Positions 11,199 through 19,466 of a stretch of 64,000 nt of DNA are shown piece by piece. Below the pieces are notes generated by a model that worked only from the letters and a program-made list of their open reading frames with translations, was not told the DNA's origin and ran no database searches. Both the position numbers and the translations under genes were made by a program. Origin of the DNA: Vicinamibacterales bacterium (GTDB lineage: Bacteria > Acidobacteriota > Vicinamibacteria > Vicinamibacterales > UBA2999); contig DASYRM010000195.1 in NCBI GenBank assembly GCA_036004405.1, positions 15,250-79,249 on the forward strand, in the 5' to 3' direction. Position 1 is the first letter of the stretch, and every line of letters starts with the position of its first letter.

Positions 11199-12919
11199 TG
11201 CGCGCCCTCGACTGGGCCATCGTGGCCGCGTATCTCATCTGGATCGTCTACGACGGGCTGCGGCTCACCAAGCGCAGCAAGGAGATCGACGGCTACTTCC
11301 GCGGCAACCGCAGCCTGCCCTGGTGGACGGTGGGGCTGTCGGTGATGGCGACGCAGCTGAGCGCCATCACGATGATCGGCACCACCGGGCAGGGCTACGT
11401 CAACGGGATGCGGTTCCTGCAGTTCTACTACGCGCTGCCGCTGGCGATGGTGGTGCTCTGCCTGACGCTCGTCCCGTTCTTCCACAACGCCAACGTCTAC
11501 ACCGCCTACGAGTTCCTCGAGCGGCGCTTCGACGCCAAGGCGCGCGCGGTCACGAGCTTCCTGTTCCTGCTCTCGCGCAGCATGTCGCTCGGCGTGGTCA
11601 TCTCGGCGCCGTCGGTGGTGCTGTCGGTGATCTTCGGCATGAGCCTCACGTCCACCGTGGCGCTCGTGGCCACGCCCGCCGCCATCTACACCATGTTCGG
11701 CGGCGTGCAGGCGGTGGCGTGGACCGACGTGAAGCAGATGGTCATGATTGTCGGCGGCCTGCTCACCGCCGTGGTCGTGCTCGTCCTCGGGCTGCCCGAC
11801 GGCGTCGGCCTCGGCCCGGCGCTGCGGCTGGCCGGCGCCACCGGGCGCATGCAGACGTTCGATTTCACCTTCGATCTCACCAACCAGTACACGTTCTGGT
11901 CCGGCACGATTGCGGCGCTCTTCCTCTTCTGTTCGTACTTCGGCACCGACCAGAGCCAGGTGCAGCGCTACCTCACCACCAAGTCGGTGAAGGAGGCGCA
12001 AACGTCGCTGCTCATGAGCGCCTATTGGAAGATTCCGCTCCAGGCGCTCGTGCTGCTGGTGGGAGTCCTGCTGTTCCTGTTCTACACGTTCACGCCCACG
12101 CCGATGCTCTTCAACACCATCCACGAGCGCGAGCTGCGGCAGGGCCCGAAGGCGCAGGAGTATTCGGCGCTCGAGCGCCGCTTCGAAGGCGCGACGGCGG
12201 CGCGCTCGGCGGCCGCGACGGTGGCCGCCCGCGCCGACGCCGGCGGCCAGGACGCCGATCGCACCGCGGCGCAGCAGCAGTTCCTGGCCGCCGACACCGA
12301 GGTGAAGGCGATCCGCACCGAGGCGCTGGCGCTCGTCCGCAGCACCACCGGCGACCAGGCCTACAGCGACGTCAACTACGTGTTCCCGACCTTCATCACC
12401 ACGCAGCTGCCGATCGGCGTGACGGGCTTGCTGATTGCCGCGATCTTCGCGGCGGCGATGTCGGCGATTTCGGCCGAGCTCACGTCGCTCTCCACCGCCA
12501 CGGTGATGGACTTCTACCGGCGCTTCCTGCGTCCCGACGGCGACGACGCCAGCGTGCTGCGCGTATCCCGCTTCGCCACCGCGTTCTGGGCGATCTTTGC
12601 CAGCGCCGTCGCGGTGTGGGCGGCCGAGCTCGGCTCGCTGATCGAGGTGGTGAACCGCTTCGGGTCGTTCTTCTACGGGTCGATCCTCGGCGTGTTCATC
12701 CTTGCCATCGGCTGGAAGCGCGCCACCCCGAACGGCGCCTTCGTCGGCCTCATCGCCGGCATGGGGTCGGTGGCGTGGTTTGCCACCTATACCAAGGTGG
12801 CGTTTCTCTGGCACAACCTGATCGGCGCGGTGGGCGTCGTGGTGGCCGGCATCGTGGTGAGCGCCATCGAGCGCGCCGTACGTAGAGGGCGGTCTTTAGA
12901 CCGCCCTGCAGCACCATGA
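11198..12919 (+). CDS. Sodium:solute symporter (SSS family)
   Basis: LPWWTVGLSVMATQLSAIT, TAYEFLERRF, GGVQAVAWTD, GTDQSQVQRYL, AAIFAAAMS. Confidence 0.93.
   Translation: MRALDWAIVAAYLIWIVYDGLRLTKRSKEIDGYFRGNRSLPWWTVGLSVMATQLSAITMIGTTGQGYVNGMRFLQFYYALPLAMVVLCLTLVPFFHNANVYTAYEFLERRFDAKARAVTSFLFLLSRSMSLGVVISAPSVVLSVIFGMSLTSTVALVATPAAIYTMFGGVQAVAWTDVKQMVMIVGGLLTAVVVLVLGLPDGVGLGPALRLAGATGRMQTFDFTFDLTNQYTFWSGTIAALFLFCSYFGTDQSQVQRYLTTKSVKEAQTSLLMSAYWKIPLQALVLLVGVLLFLFYTFTPTPMLFNTIHERELRQGPKAQEYSALERRFEGATAARSAAATVAARADAGGQDADRTAAQQQFLAADTEVKAIRTEALALVRSTTGDQAYSDVNYVFPTFITTQLPIGVTGLLIAAIFAAAMSAISAELTSLSTATVMDFYRRFLRPDGDDASVLRVSRFATAFWAIFASAVAVWAAELGSLIEVVNRFGSFFYGSILGVFILAIGWKRATPNGAFVGLIAGMGSVAWFATYTKVAFLWHNLIGAVGVVVAGIVVSAIERAVRRGRSLDRPAAP
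12882..12908 (+). repeat. GTAG REP inside SSS transporter 3' end
   Basis: GTAGAGGGCGGTC-TTTA-GACCGCCCTG, translated as RRGRSLDRP. Confidence 0.82.
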
Positions 12920-13398
12920 TCCGCATCTTCGTCACCGGCGGCACGTTCGACAAGACCTACGACGAGATCGAGGGCGCGCTCTCCTTCGGCGATACGCACC
13001 TCAACGAGATGCTGCGCCTCGGGCGCTGCCACGTGGACGTCTCGGTACGGACGCTGATGATGGTGGACAGCCTGGCGATGACCGCCGACGACCGCGCAAT
13101 CATCGTGCGCAACTGCCTCACCTGCGAGGAGTCCCGCATCGTGGTGACGCACGGCACCGACACGATGGTCGAGACCGCCGCGGCGCTCGCGGCGGGCGTC
13201 CCCGGCAAGACCATCGTGCTGACCGGCGCGATGGTGCCGTACGCGTTCGGCAGCTCCGACGGTCTCTTCAATCTCGGCAGCGCGCTGTCGTTTGCGCAGG
13301 TGCTGCCGCCCGGCGTCTACGTCGCCATGAACGGCCGCCACTTCGCGTGGGACCGCGTGAGGAAGAACAAGGAAGCCGGGATCTTCGAAGAGATCTGA
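12916..13398 (+). CDS. Short asparaginase-domain protein
   Basis: TGGTFDK, DSLAMT, THGTDTM, LTGAMVP, SDGLFNL; N-terminal domain only (160 aa). Confidence 0.88.
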   Translation: MIRIFVTGGTFDKTYDEIEGALSFGDTHLNEMLRLGRCHVDVSVRTLMMVDSLAMTADDRAIIVRNCLTCEESRIVVTHGTDTMVETAAALAAGVPGKTIVLTGAMVPYAFGSSDGLFNLGSALSFAQVLPPGVYVAMNGRHFAWDRVRKNKEAGIFEEI

Positions 13399-13429
13399 TG
13401 ACGGGCCGCCTGAAGGCGGCCCCTACGAC
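13374..13429 (+). repeat. 56-bp direct repeat copy 1 (asparaginase 3' end + REP)
   Basis: AGCCGGGATCTTCGAAGAGATCTGATGACGGGCCGCCTGAAGGCGGCCCCTACGAC, identical to 13931-13986. Confidence 0.92.
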
Positions 13430-13472
13430 GAGCTGAAGGCGGCCCCTACGACGAGCTGAAGGCGGCCCCTAC
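13403..13472 (-). repeat. REP followed by two 23-bp tandem partial REPs
   Basis: GGGCCGCCTGAAGGCGGCCCCTAC then (GACGAGCTGAAGGCGGCCCCTAC)x2; last CTA is the VOC stop. Confidence 0.88.
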
Positions 13473-13879
13473 GTCTGCATCGGGCGCTGCCGCAGGATCA
13501 TCCAATTGATCCCGAACCGGTCGCGCACCTGGCCGAAGCGGCTGGCGAAGAACGTCTCCTCCATCTTCATAAGCACCTCGCCGCCGTCGGCCAGCGCTGC
13601 AAAGAGGTGCTCGGCGTCGGCGTCGCTGTCGACGTTCAGGGACAGGTAGGCGCTGCGCATGGGCTGCGCGGCTGGGATGTCCGCGCCGGCCAGCTCGGTG
13701 CCCGCGATGGAAATCCGCGCGTGCAGCACCGCGTCCTTCCACTCCGGCCCCAGCCGGGTCGGGCCGGGCGCATCCGCGTGCGTCATCATCATGCCGACCT
13801 TGCCGCCGAGGTGCTGCTCGTAATAGCGGAAGGCCTCCCGGCAGGTGCCGGCGAAGTTCACGTACGTGTACATCTCCAT
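13469..13879 (-). CDS. VOC/PhnB-family (glyoxalase-like) protein
   Basis: YVNFAGTCREAFRYY, VLHARI, LADGGEVLM..ETFFASRFGQVRDRFGINW; GAGGAG RBS. Confidence 0.9.
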   Translation of the reverse strand: MEMYTYVNFAGTCREAFRYYEQHLGGKVGMMMTHADAPGPTRLGPEWKDAVLHARISIAGTELAGADIPAAQPMRSAYLSLNVDSDADAEHLFAALADGGEVLMKMEETFFASRFGQVRDRFGINWMILRQRPMQT

Positions 13880-13898
13880 GTCGTCTCCTCAGAAGTAA

Positions 13899-13925
13899 GA
13901 CGAACGAGGAGGAGCCGATTCGACA
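13899..13925 (-). promoter_or_regulatory. ECF42-type promoter of the VOC gene
   Basis: Minus strand TGTCGA-N17-CGTC upstream of RBS; same architecture at 15152-15178. Confidence 0.6.
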
Positions 13926-13930
13926 CGTTC

Positions 13931-13986
13931 AGCCGGGATCTTCGAAGAGATCTGATGACGGGCCGCCTGAAGGCGGCCCCTACGAC
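13931..13986 (+). repeat. 56-bp direct repeat copy 2
   Basis: Identical to 13374-13429; its REP GTAG is the PEP-CTERM gene stop. Confidence 0.92.
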
Positions 13987-14603
13987 CGCCTGGCGCGGCG
14001 GGTCCGCCACCAGGCGCCCGCGGCCAGCCCCGTGCCGAGCAGGAGCAGCGTGGCGGGCTCCGGCACCGGGGCCGGGAACACATGGAACGTCAAGTCGCGC
14101 GGCGGGATTCCCGCGCCGCCGTCTGGAGGCAGGAGCGCCGTGCCACCCGCGTACAGCGTGCCGCCCTGCGACCAGGCCGAGCCTGCGCCCCATTCGAAGG
14201 TGTCATTGCGCACCAGCAGCGTGTAGGTGTTTCCGACGATCAGCGAGACGCCGGCGAACGAGACGTCCGCAAACCCGTCGAAGAGGTTGGCGAGCCCCGA
14301 GAACGTGCGCGTGGCCAGGAGCGTCCCGCCTTGTCCCACGCCTTCGTACAGGTCGTAGTCGATTGTCGTGTCGGATGACGGGAGATCCCCGTTGGGGTTG
14401 AAGGTGAAGTCCGTGACCCACACGCCGGCGACGCCGATGGCCGAGTCCTCCGCGGTGAAGGTCTGGCCGAGCCACGGTGCGATCTGCCGCGCTTCCATGA
14501 TCGTGCTCTGAATGATCGGAGCGGCGGTGGACGTCTGTGGCAGCAGGCACCAGACAAGAGCGACGGAGGCCAGTCCGATCACCCGGGTCGAACGCAGTTG
14601 CAT
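13980..14603 (-). CDS. PEP-CTERM sorting-domain exported protein
   Basis: Signal peptide; C-terminal VPEPATLLLLGTGLAAGAWWRTRRARRS; AGGAGG RBS before ATG 14603. Confidence 0.88.
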   Translation of the reverse strand: MQLRSTRVIGLASVALVWCLLPQTSTAAPIIQSTIMEARQIAPWLGQTFTAEDSAIGVAGVWVTDFTFNPNGDLPSSDTTIDYDLYEGVGQGGTLLATRTFSGLANLFDGFADVSFAGVSLIVGNTYTLLVRNDTFEWGAGSAWSQGGTLYAGGTALLPPDGGAGIPPRDLTFHVFPAPVPEPATLLLLGTGLAAGAWWRTRRARRS

Positions 14604-14688
14604 GCGATTCCTCCTGCGACTCCAAAACGACGACACCCGCGATGTCGTTCGCGATCGAGCCGACGGTGAAAGCGTCGTTGCGCCCGGG

Positions 14689-14717
14689 ATGATAGCCATG
14701 AGCTTGGGCGCCGCCAA
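14689..14717 (-). promoter_or_regulatory. Candidate sigma70 promoter of PEP-CTERM gene
   Basis: TTGGCG-N17-TATCAT on minus strand. Confidence 0.4.
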
Positions 14718-14774
14718 ATCCGCCGCGCAGACGTGCGCAGGCCCGTGCAGAATCGGGCATGAAACGGAACGCCG

Positions 14775-15107
14775 TTACGGCTCCAGTTCCCGGACCGGCC
14801 GCACCTCGATCGAGCCCTCGCGGGCGGGCGGAATCTTTGCGGCCATGGCCAGCGCCTCGTCCATGTCCTTGGCCTCGAGCAGGTAGAACCCCGCCAGCAG
14901 CTCCTTGGTCTCGGCAAAGGGGCCGTCCACAATCCGCACGGCTCCCTGCCGGACGCGCACGGTCTTCGCCGTCTTGATGGGCTGCAGCGCCTCGGCGGCC
15001 ACCAGCCGGCCGGCTTCCTGGAACCCCTTGCCGCAGGCCATGCACTCGCTGTCGGGCACCGCCCGCAGCTTCTCGTCCTCCAGGTACACCAACGCCACGA
15101 ATTTCAT
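14775..15107 (-). CDS. YciI/DGPF-family protein
   Basis: DGPFAETKELLAGFYLLEA, KIP.AREGSIEVRP. Confidence 0.92.
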   Translation of the reverse strand: MKFVALVYLEDEKLRAVPDSECMACGKGFQEAGRLVAAEALQPIKTAKTVRVRQGAVRIVDGPFAETKELLAGFYLLEAKDMDEALAMAAKIPPAREGSIEVRPVRELEP

Positions 15108-15117
15108 TCACGTCCTC

Positions 15118-15144
15118 CAGGGCGGTCTAAAGACCGCCCTCTAC
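15118..15144 (-). repeat. GTAG REP in the YciI 5' leader
   Basis: Exact reverse complement of 12882-12908. Confidence 0.85.
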
Positions 15145-15150
15145 ATCACC

Positions 15151-15180
15151 ATGTCGATCCTGAGGCGCGTCGCTCGACGT
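15151..15180. promoter_or_regulatory. Palindromic bidirectional ECF42-type promoter
   Basis: ATGTCGA-N16-TCGACGT gives TGTCGA-N17-CGAC (+, toward DoxX) and CGTCGA-N17-CGAC (-, toward YciI). Confidence 0.58.
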
Positions 15181-15200
15181 GTGAATAGGAGGACACGACG

Positions 15201-15572
15201 ATGAAGCGCAACGTCACACTGTGGGTCATTCAGGGGTTGCTGGCCGCTCTGTTCCTGTTTGCCGGGTCCATGAAGCTCATCCTGCCGATCGAGGCCATGG
15301 CCGGCCCCGTGTCGCTGCCGGGCTGGTTCCTTCGGTTCATCGGCGTCGCCGAGGTGACGGGGGCCGTCGGCCTGATTCTCCCCTGGCTCATGCGGATTCA
15401 ACCCCGCCTGACGCCGGTGGCGGCCAGCGGCCTGGTGGTCATCATGTCCGGCGCCACGGTCATCACCGTGATCGGCGGCCCGGCGGCCACCGCAGCTGTT
15501 CCGTTCGTTGTCGGCCTGCTCGCGGCGACCGTGGCCTACACCCGCTGGCAGACGCTCTCTACTCAGTCGTAG
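15201..15572 (+). CDS. DoxX-family membrane protein
   Basis: LWVIQGLLAALFLFAGSMKL, FIGVAEVTGAVGLILP, LTPVAASGL; AGGAGG RBS. Confidence 0.9.
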   Translation: MKRNVTLWVIQGLLAALFLFAGSMKLILPIEAMAGPVSLPGWFLRFIGVAEVTGAVGLILPWLMRIQPRLTPVAASGLVVIMSGATVITVIGGPAATAAVPFVVGLLAATVAYTRWQTLSTQS

Positions 15573-15581
15573 TTTTCCTAC

Positions 15582-16076
15582 TCAGTCGTAATCTTCGAAG
15601 AAGAACAGATCGTGGTCACCCGGCGGCGCGACGCCCGCCGCCCGGGCGGCCAGGGCCACCTGCGCCAGGTGCCGCACCTCGTGCAGCACCACGTGAGTGG
15701 CCAGCCGCCGCCGGCTCATGGTCATCGGCCCGGCGGGGAAGGTGATCGTGAAGGGTTGGGCCGCCGCCGCATCGTCGAGCGTGGTGACGTAGCGGGCGAA
15801 GTCGGCGCGCACCAGGCTGGCGTACTCGAACAGCCCCTTCACATCGCCCGCCGCGACGCCGGTCGATTCCGGAGGCGTCGCCCCCTCCAGGCGCGACAGA
15901 TGCCGGCGCTCGACCAGGAACACATGGTCCAGCACGCTGCCAATCGTCGGAAACCGCCCGCCATCCTGAAAGGGCAGCGAGAGTCGCGACGGATCGGCCT
16001 CCACCCACGCCTGCCACTTCGCGCGCTCGTGATCGGAGTAGGCGAGCAGTTCGGGCAGTCCCGCGGTGATCGTCAC
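15582..16076 (-). CDS. DinB-family protein
   Basis: TIGSVLDHVFLVERRHL, THVVLHEVRHLAQ (His triad). Confidence 0.85.
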   Translation of the reverse strand: MTITAGLPELLAYSDHERAKWQAWVEADPSRLSLPFQDGGRFPTIGSVLDHVFLVERRHLSRLEGATPPESTGVAAGDVKGLFEYASLVRADFARYVTTLDDAAAAQPFTITFPAGPMTMSRRRLATHVVLHEVRHLAQVALAARAAGVAPPGDHDLFFFEDYD

Positions 16077-17542
16077 GGCAGCAGCTCCTCCACCGTCTGC
16101 GTGCGCACCGGAGCCAGGTTCAGCGCGCGCACGCCCGCCTCGATCGTCTTGCGGTCGCCCACCACGACGACCGCGAACTTGTCCGGTTGGATGTAGGCGG
16201 CGGCCGCCTTCTGCACCGCCGCGGCGGTGACCGCCTGCACGTTGGCGATGTACTGCGAGAAGTAGGTATCGGGCAGCTTGTAGACCGCCATCTCTTCGAG
16301 ATGCGCCGTCAGGTCCGTAATCGTCTCGAACTCGCCGGGGAAGCTCAAGGCCACGTAGTTCTTCGCCTTGGCGAGCTCCTCGGCGCCGACGGGCGCGCCA
16401 ATGCCCTTGAGCTCCTTGAAGAATTCACGCAGTGCGTCCGCGGTCTTGTCGGTCTGCACGCCGGCGCCGGCCTGGAAGGCGCCGGCCGAGAGCCGCATGT
16501 CGAACCGCGAGCTCGCGCCGTAGGAGTAGCCGTGCTCCTCCCGCAGGTTCTGGTTGAGACGCGACGTGAACGAGCCGCCGAGGATGGTGTTGAGCACCAG
16601 GAGCGGGAAGTAGTCGGCGGTCGATCGCGGCACGCCCACCCAGCCGATGCGGATCTGCGACTGCTCGGCCGACGGCATGTCGACGATCGTGACCTGTCCG
16701 GCGGTGAGCTGCCGCGCCGTTGGGACGGTCGTTCGCCCCACCACTGGCGACGTTGGCCACGCGCCGAACGCCGCCTCGAGCTGGGGCAGCACCGCGGCGG
16801 CCGTCACGTCGCCGGCGACGATCAGCGTCGCGTTCGACGGCTTGTAGCGCGCCGCGTGGAACTCGCGCATCTGGGCGCCGGTCGCCGCCGTGATCGTGGC
16901 CGCGGTGCCGGTGGCCGCGGTGCCGTAGCGGTGCGTGGGCCCGAACACCACGCGCGCGAACGCCAGCGGCGCCACCGCGGCCGCGTCGTCCTTGGCTTGT
17001 AGCAGCGCGGTCAGGCGCTCCTGCCGGAGCCGGTCGACCTCGGCGGCGGGGAAGGTGGGCCGCAGCGCCACGTCCGCCATCAGCGCCAGCGCCGGGCGCA
17101 GCTGCCGCACCGGCACGTTGAGCCGGACGGCCGAGGCGTCGAAGCTGCTCGTGGTCGCGAGCGACGCGCCCAGGAACTCCACCTCGTCGGCGATCTGAAG
17201 CGCTGACCGCGCGCCCGCGCCTTCGTCGAGCATCGCGGCGGTGAAGCTCGCCAGCCCGAAGGCGTTCGTGGAGTCGTCGCCGCTGCCGGCGTGAATCACC
17301 AGATTCACCTGCACCAGCGGCACCTCGTGCTGCTCGACGATCCACACCGGCAGCCCGTTGGCGAGCGCGCGCTTCTGGACCGGCGGCACGTTGAGGCGCG
17401 GCGCCGGCCCGATCGACGGCGGATGCGACCGGTCGGCTCTCGTCTGGGTGAACGTTGTCGCTGATCCGATCAGGACGATGACGAGCGCAGCGAGAACCGG
17501 AGGGGCCGCCTGAAGGCGGCCCCTACGTCTGATTGCGCTCAT
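16073..17542 (-). CDS. M16 peptidase, non-catalytic subunit
   Basis: LANGL..IVEQHEVPLV, GLASFTAAMLDEGAG, ILGGSFTSRLNQNLREEHGYSYG; lacks HXXEH; start coupled to partner stop. Confidence 0.9.
   Translation of the reverse strand: MSAIRRRGRLQAAPPVLAALVIVLIGSATTFTQTRADRSHPPSIGPAPRLNVPPVQKRALANGLPVWIVEQHEVPLVQVNLVIHAGSGDDSTNAFGLASFTAAMLDEGAGARSALQIADEVEFLGASLATTSSFDASAVRLNVPVRQLRPALALMADVALRPTFPAAEVDRLRQERLTALLQAKDDAAAVAPLAFARVVFGPTHRYGTAATGTAATITAATGAQMREFHAARYKPSNATLIVAGDVTAAAVLPQLEAAFGAWPTSPVVGRTTVPTARQLTAGQVTIVDMPSAEQSQIRIGWVGVPRSTADYFPLLVLNTILGGSFTSRLNQNLREEHGYSYGASSRFDMRLSAGAFQAGAGVQTDKTADALREFFKELKGIGAPVGAEELAKAKNYVALSFPGEFETITDLTAHLEEMAVYKLPDTYFSQYIANVQAVTAAAVQKAAAAYIQPDKFAVVVVGDRKTIEAGVRALNLAPVRTQTVEELLP
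17502..17526 (-). repeat. REP in frame within M16 subunit signal-peptide n-region
   Basis: GTAGGGGCCGCC-TTCA-GGCGGCCCC translated as RRGRLQAAP. Confidence 0.85.
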
Positions 17543-18900
17543 TTCTTTTCCTCTGGATTGACCGTCAGCTCGACGCGCCTGTCCGGTGGCAGCCACTGCG
17601 CGGCCGCGGCCTGCACGTCGCTCGCCGACAGCGAGGTGTAGCGCGCCAGATCCTCGGCGAAGTAGTCGGCCCCGCCGCCCGTGTAGAAGTAGGAGTTGAG
17701 CTGGTCGGCTTTGCCGCCGAAGCTGCCCACGCGCTGCATGCGGCGGTAGAACGAAGCCTCGATCTGGTTGAGGGCGCGCTGCACTTCGCGCGCGCTCGGC
17801 GGCTCCTGACGCAGCCTGGCCAGCTCCTCGTCGATCGCCTTCTGCACTTCGGCGACGGTGTGGCCCGGCCGGACCGTCGTCTCGATTACGAACGAGCTGC
17901 CCAGCGGTCCGGACTGCTGCGTGGCCTCCACGTCCTGCGCCATCTGCGTGTCGTAGATCAGCCGCTTGTAGAGGCGCGAGTTCTTGCCGCCGGCGAGCAC
18001 CGACGACACCACGTCGAGCGCCGCGTCGCCGGGATCGAAGACACGAGGCGTCAGCCACGCGATGTACAGCTTCGACAGCCGCACGCGATCCGTCATCGTC
18101 TGGCGCTTGACGCTGGTGAGCATCGCGGCGGGCGGCGCGATCGGCTCCACCGGTTCGCCCTTCGGCACCTCGCCGAACCATTTCTCGACGAGCGCTTTCG
18201 TCTTCTCGTAGTCGATGTCGCCGGCAATCACCAGGCTGGCGTTGTTGGGCGCGTAGTACTTCTTGAAGAACTGCACGACGTCGTCGTGGCTGGCGGCCGT
18301 CAGATCTTCCATGTAACCGATTGTGGGCCAGCTGTAGGGATGGGTGGCGGGCCACAGCATCTTGTCGAGCTCGATCGACGCCATGCCGTAGGGGCGATTC
18401 TCGTAGCTCTGACGCCGCTCGTTCTTGACCACATCGCGCTGCCCGTTGACCCGTTCGGGCGACATCGTGTCGAGCAGGTAGCCCATGCGATCCGACTCGA
18501 GGAAGAGCGCGAGCTCGAGCGCGTTCGACGGCACGTCGATGACGTAGTTGGTGCGGTCGTTGGTGGTCGAGCCGTTGTTGTCGCCGCCGGCGGCTTCGAG
18601 CAGCGTGTCGAACTCGCCCTCCTTCACGTTCTTCGAGCCCTCGAACATCAGGTGCTCGAAGAGGTGCGCAAAGCCGGTGCGGCCGGGCCGTTCGTTGGCC
18701 GAGCCCACGTGATACCAGACGTTGACGGCCACGATCGGGACGCTCGTGTCGCGGTGCATGATGACGTTGAGCCCGTTGGCGAGCTGGAACTGCCGGTAGG
18801 GCACCTCGAGCTTGCGCGGTGCGGTGCCCGACTGGGCCGCAAGGACGGCCGGGAGCAGGGCGACGACGGACGCAGCGAGAATTCGGCGCATATGGGCCAT
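17539..18900 (-). CDS. M16 zinc peptidase, catalytic subunit
   Basis: WYHVGS, TGFAHLFEHLMF (HXXEH), NGST..DRTNY, VVKNERRQ. Confidence 0.94.
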   Translation of the reverse strand: MAHMRRILAASVVALLPAVLAAQSGTAPRKLEVPYRQFQLANGLNVIMHRDTSVPIVAVNVWYHVGSANERPGRTGFAHLFEHLMFEGSKNVKEGEFDTLLEAAGGDNNGSTTNDRTNYVIDVPSNALELALFLESDRMGYLLDTMSPERVNGQRDVVKNERRQSYENRPYGMASIELDKMLWPATHPYSWPTIGYMEDLTAASHDDVVQFFKKYYAPNNASLVIAGDIDYEKTKALVEKWFGEVPKGEPVEPIAPPAAMLTSVKRQTMTDRVRLSKLYIAWLTPRVFDPGDAALDVVSSVLAGGKNSRLYKRLIYDTQMAQDVEATQQSGPLGSSFVIETTVRPGHTVAEVQKAIDEELARLRQEPPSAREVQRALNQIEASFYRRMQRVGSFGGKADQLNSYFYTGGGADYFAEDLARYTSLSASDVQAAAAQWLPPDRRVELTVNPEEKK

Positions 18901-18951
18901 TCTAGAACGCGTAACCTCGAGGGTCGATCTCTCGTAATGTCTAAGTACCCC

Positions 18952-19458
18952 ATGGACGGCTTCCGCGAGATCTACGATCGCTACTATCAGGACGTGCACC
19001 GGTTTGCCCTCTTCCTGACCGGCGATGCCTCGCGGGCCGACGACCTCACCGCCGACACGTTCGTCCGGGCCTGGCGGGCCCGGGACCGCATCCAGCACGC
19101 CACGGTGAAGGCGTATCTGCTGGCGATCGCCCGCAACCTGTACCGCGACCAGCTGCGTTCGTCCCGCCAGAGCACCGACCGTGAGGTCGAGCTGCAGGAC
19201 ACCATTCCCGACGCCACGCCGGGCGCCGACGTCCACGCGCAGCACGCCTCGACGCTCCGGAACGTCCGCGCCAGGCTGCGCGGTGTGGCCAAGGGCGACC
19301 GCCGTGCCCTGCTGCTCTACGTGCTCAAGGAGATGTCGTACGCCGAGGTGGCCTCGGCGCTGGGGATCAGCATCGGTGCGGTGAAATCGCGCATCAACCG
19401 CGCGCGCGAAGCGCTGGCGGCGTCGATGCGGCAGCTCGAGAACGGTGAAGGACGGTAG
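18952..19458 (+). CDS. ECF RNA polymerase sigma factor
   Basis: ADDLTADTFVRAW, YLLAIARNLYRD, SYAEVASALGISIGAVKSRINRAR; start 18952 or 18937; upstream GTAACC-N16-CGTA may be an ECF promoter. Confidence 0.9.
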   Translation: MDGFREIYDRYYQDVHRFALFLTGDASRADDLTADTFVRAWRARDRIQHATVKAYLLAIARNLYRDQLRSSRQSTDREVELQDTIPDATPGADVHAQHASTLRNVRARLRGVAKGDRRALLLYVLKEMSYAEVASALGISIGAVKSRINRAREALAASMRQLENGEGR

Positions 19459-19466
19459 GTAGGACG

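Noticed and set aside
7630..11238. Long antisense or alternate-frame ORFs (also 32665-34992, 39233-41386, 54888-57101, 59343-61535)
   Set aside because: High-GC shadow frames overlapping well-supported genes; no motifs
13374..13986. Integron cassette or prophage att interpretation
   Set aside because: No attC-type RYYYAAC/GTTRRRY ends, no integrase or tRNA target, and the insert is only about 0.5 kb
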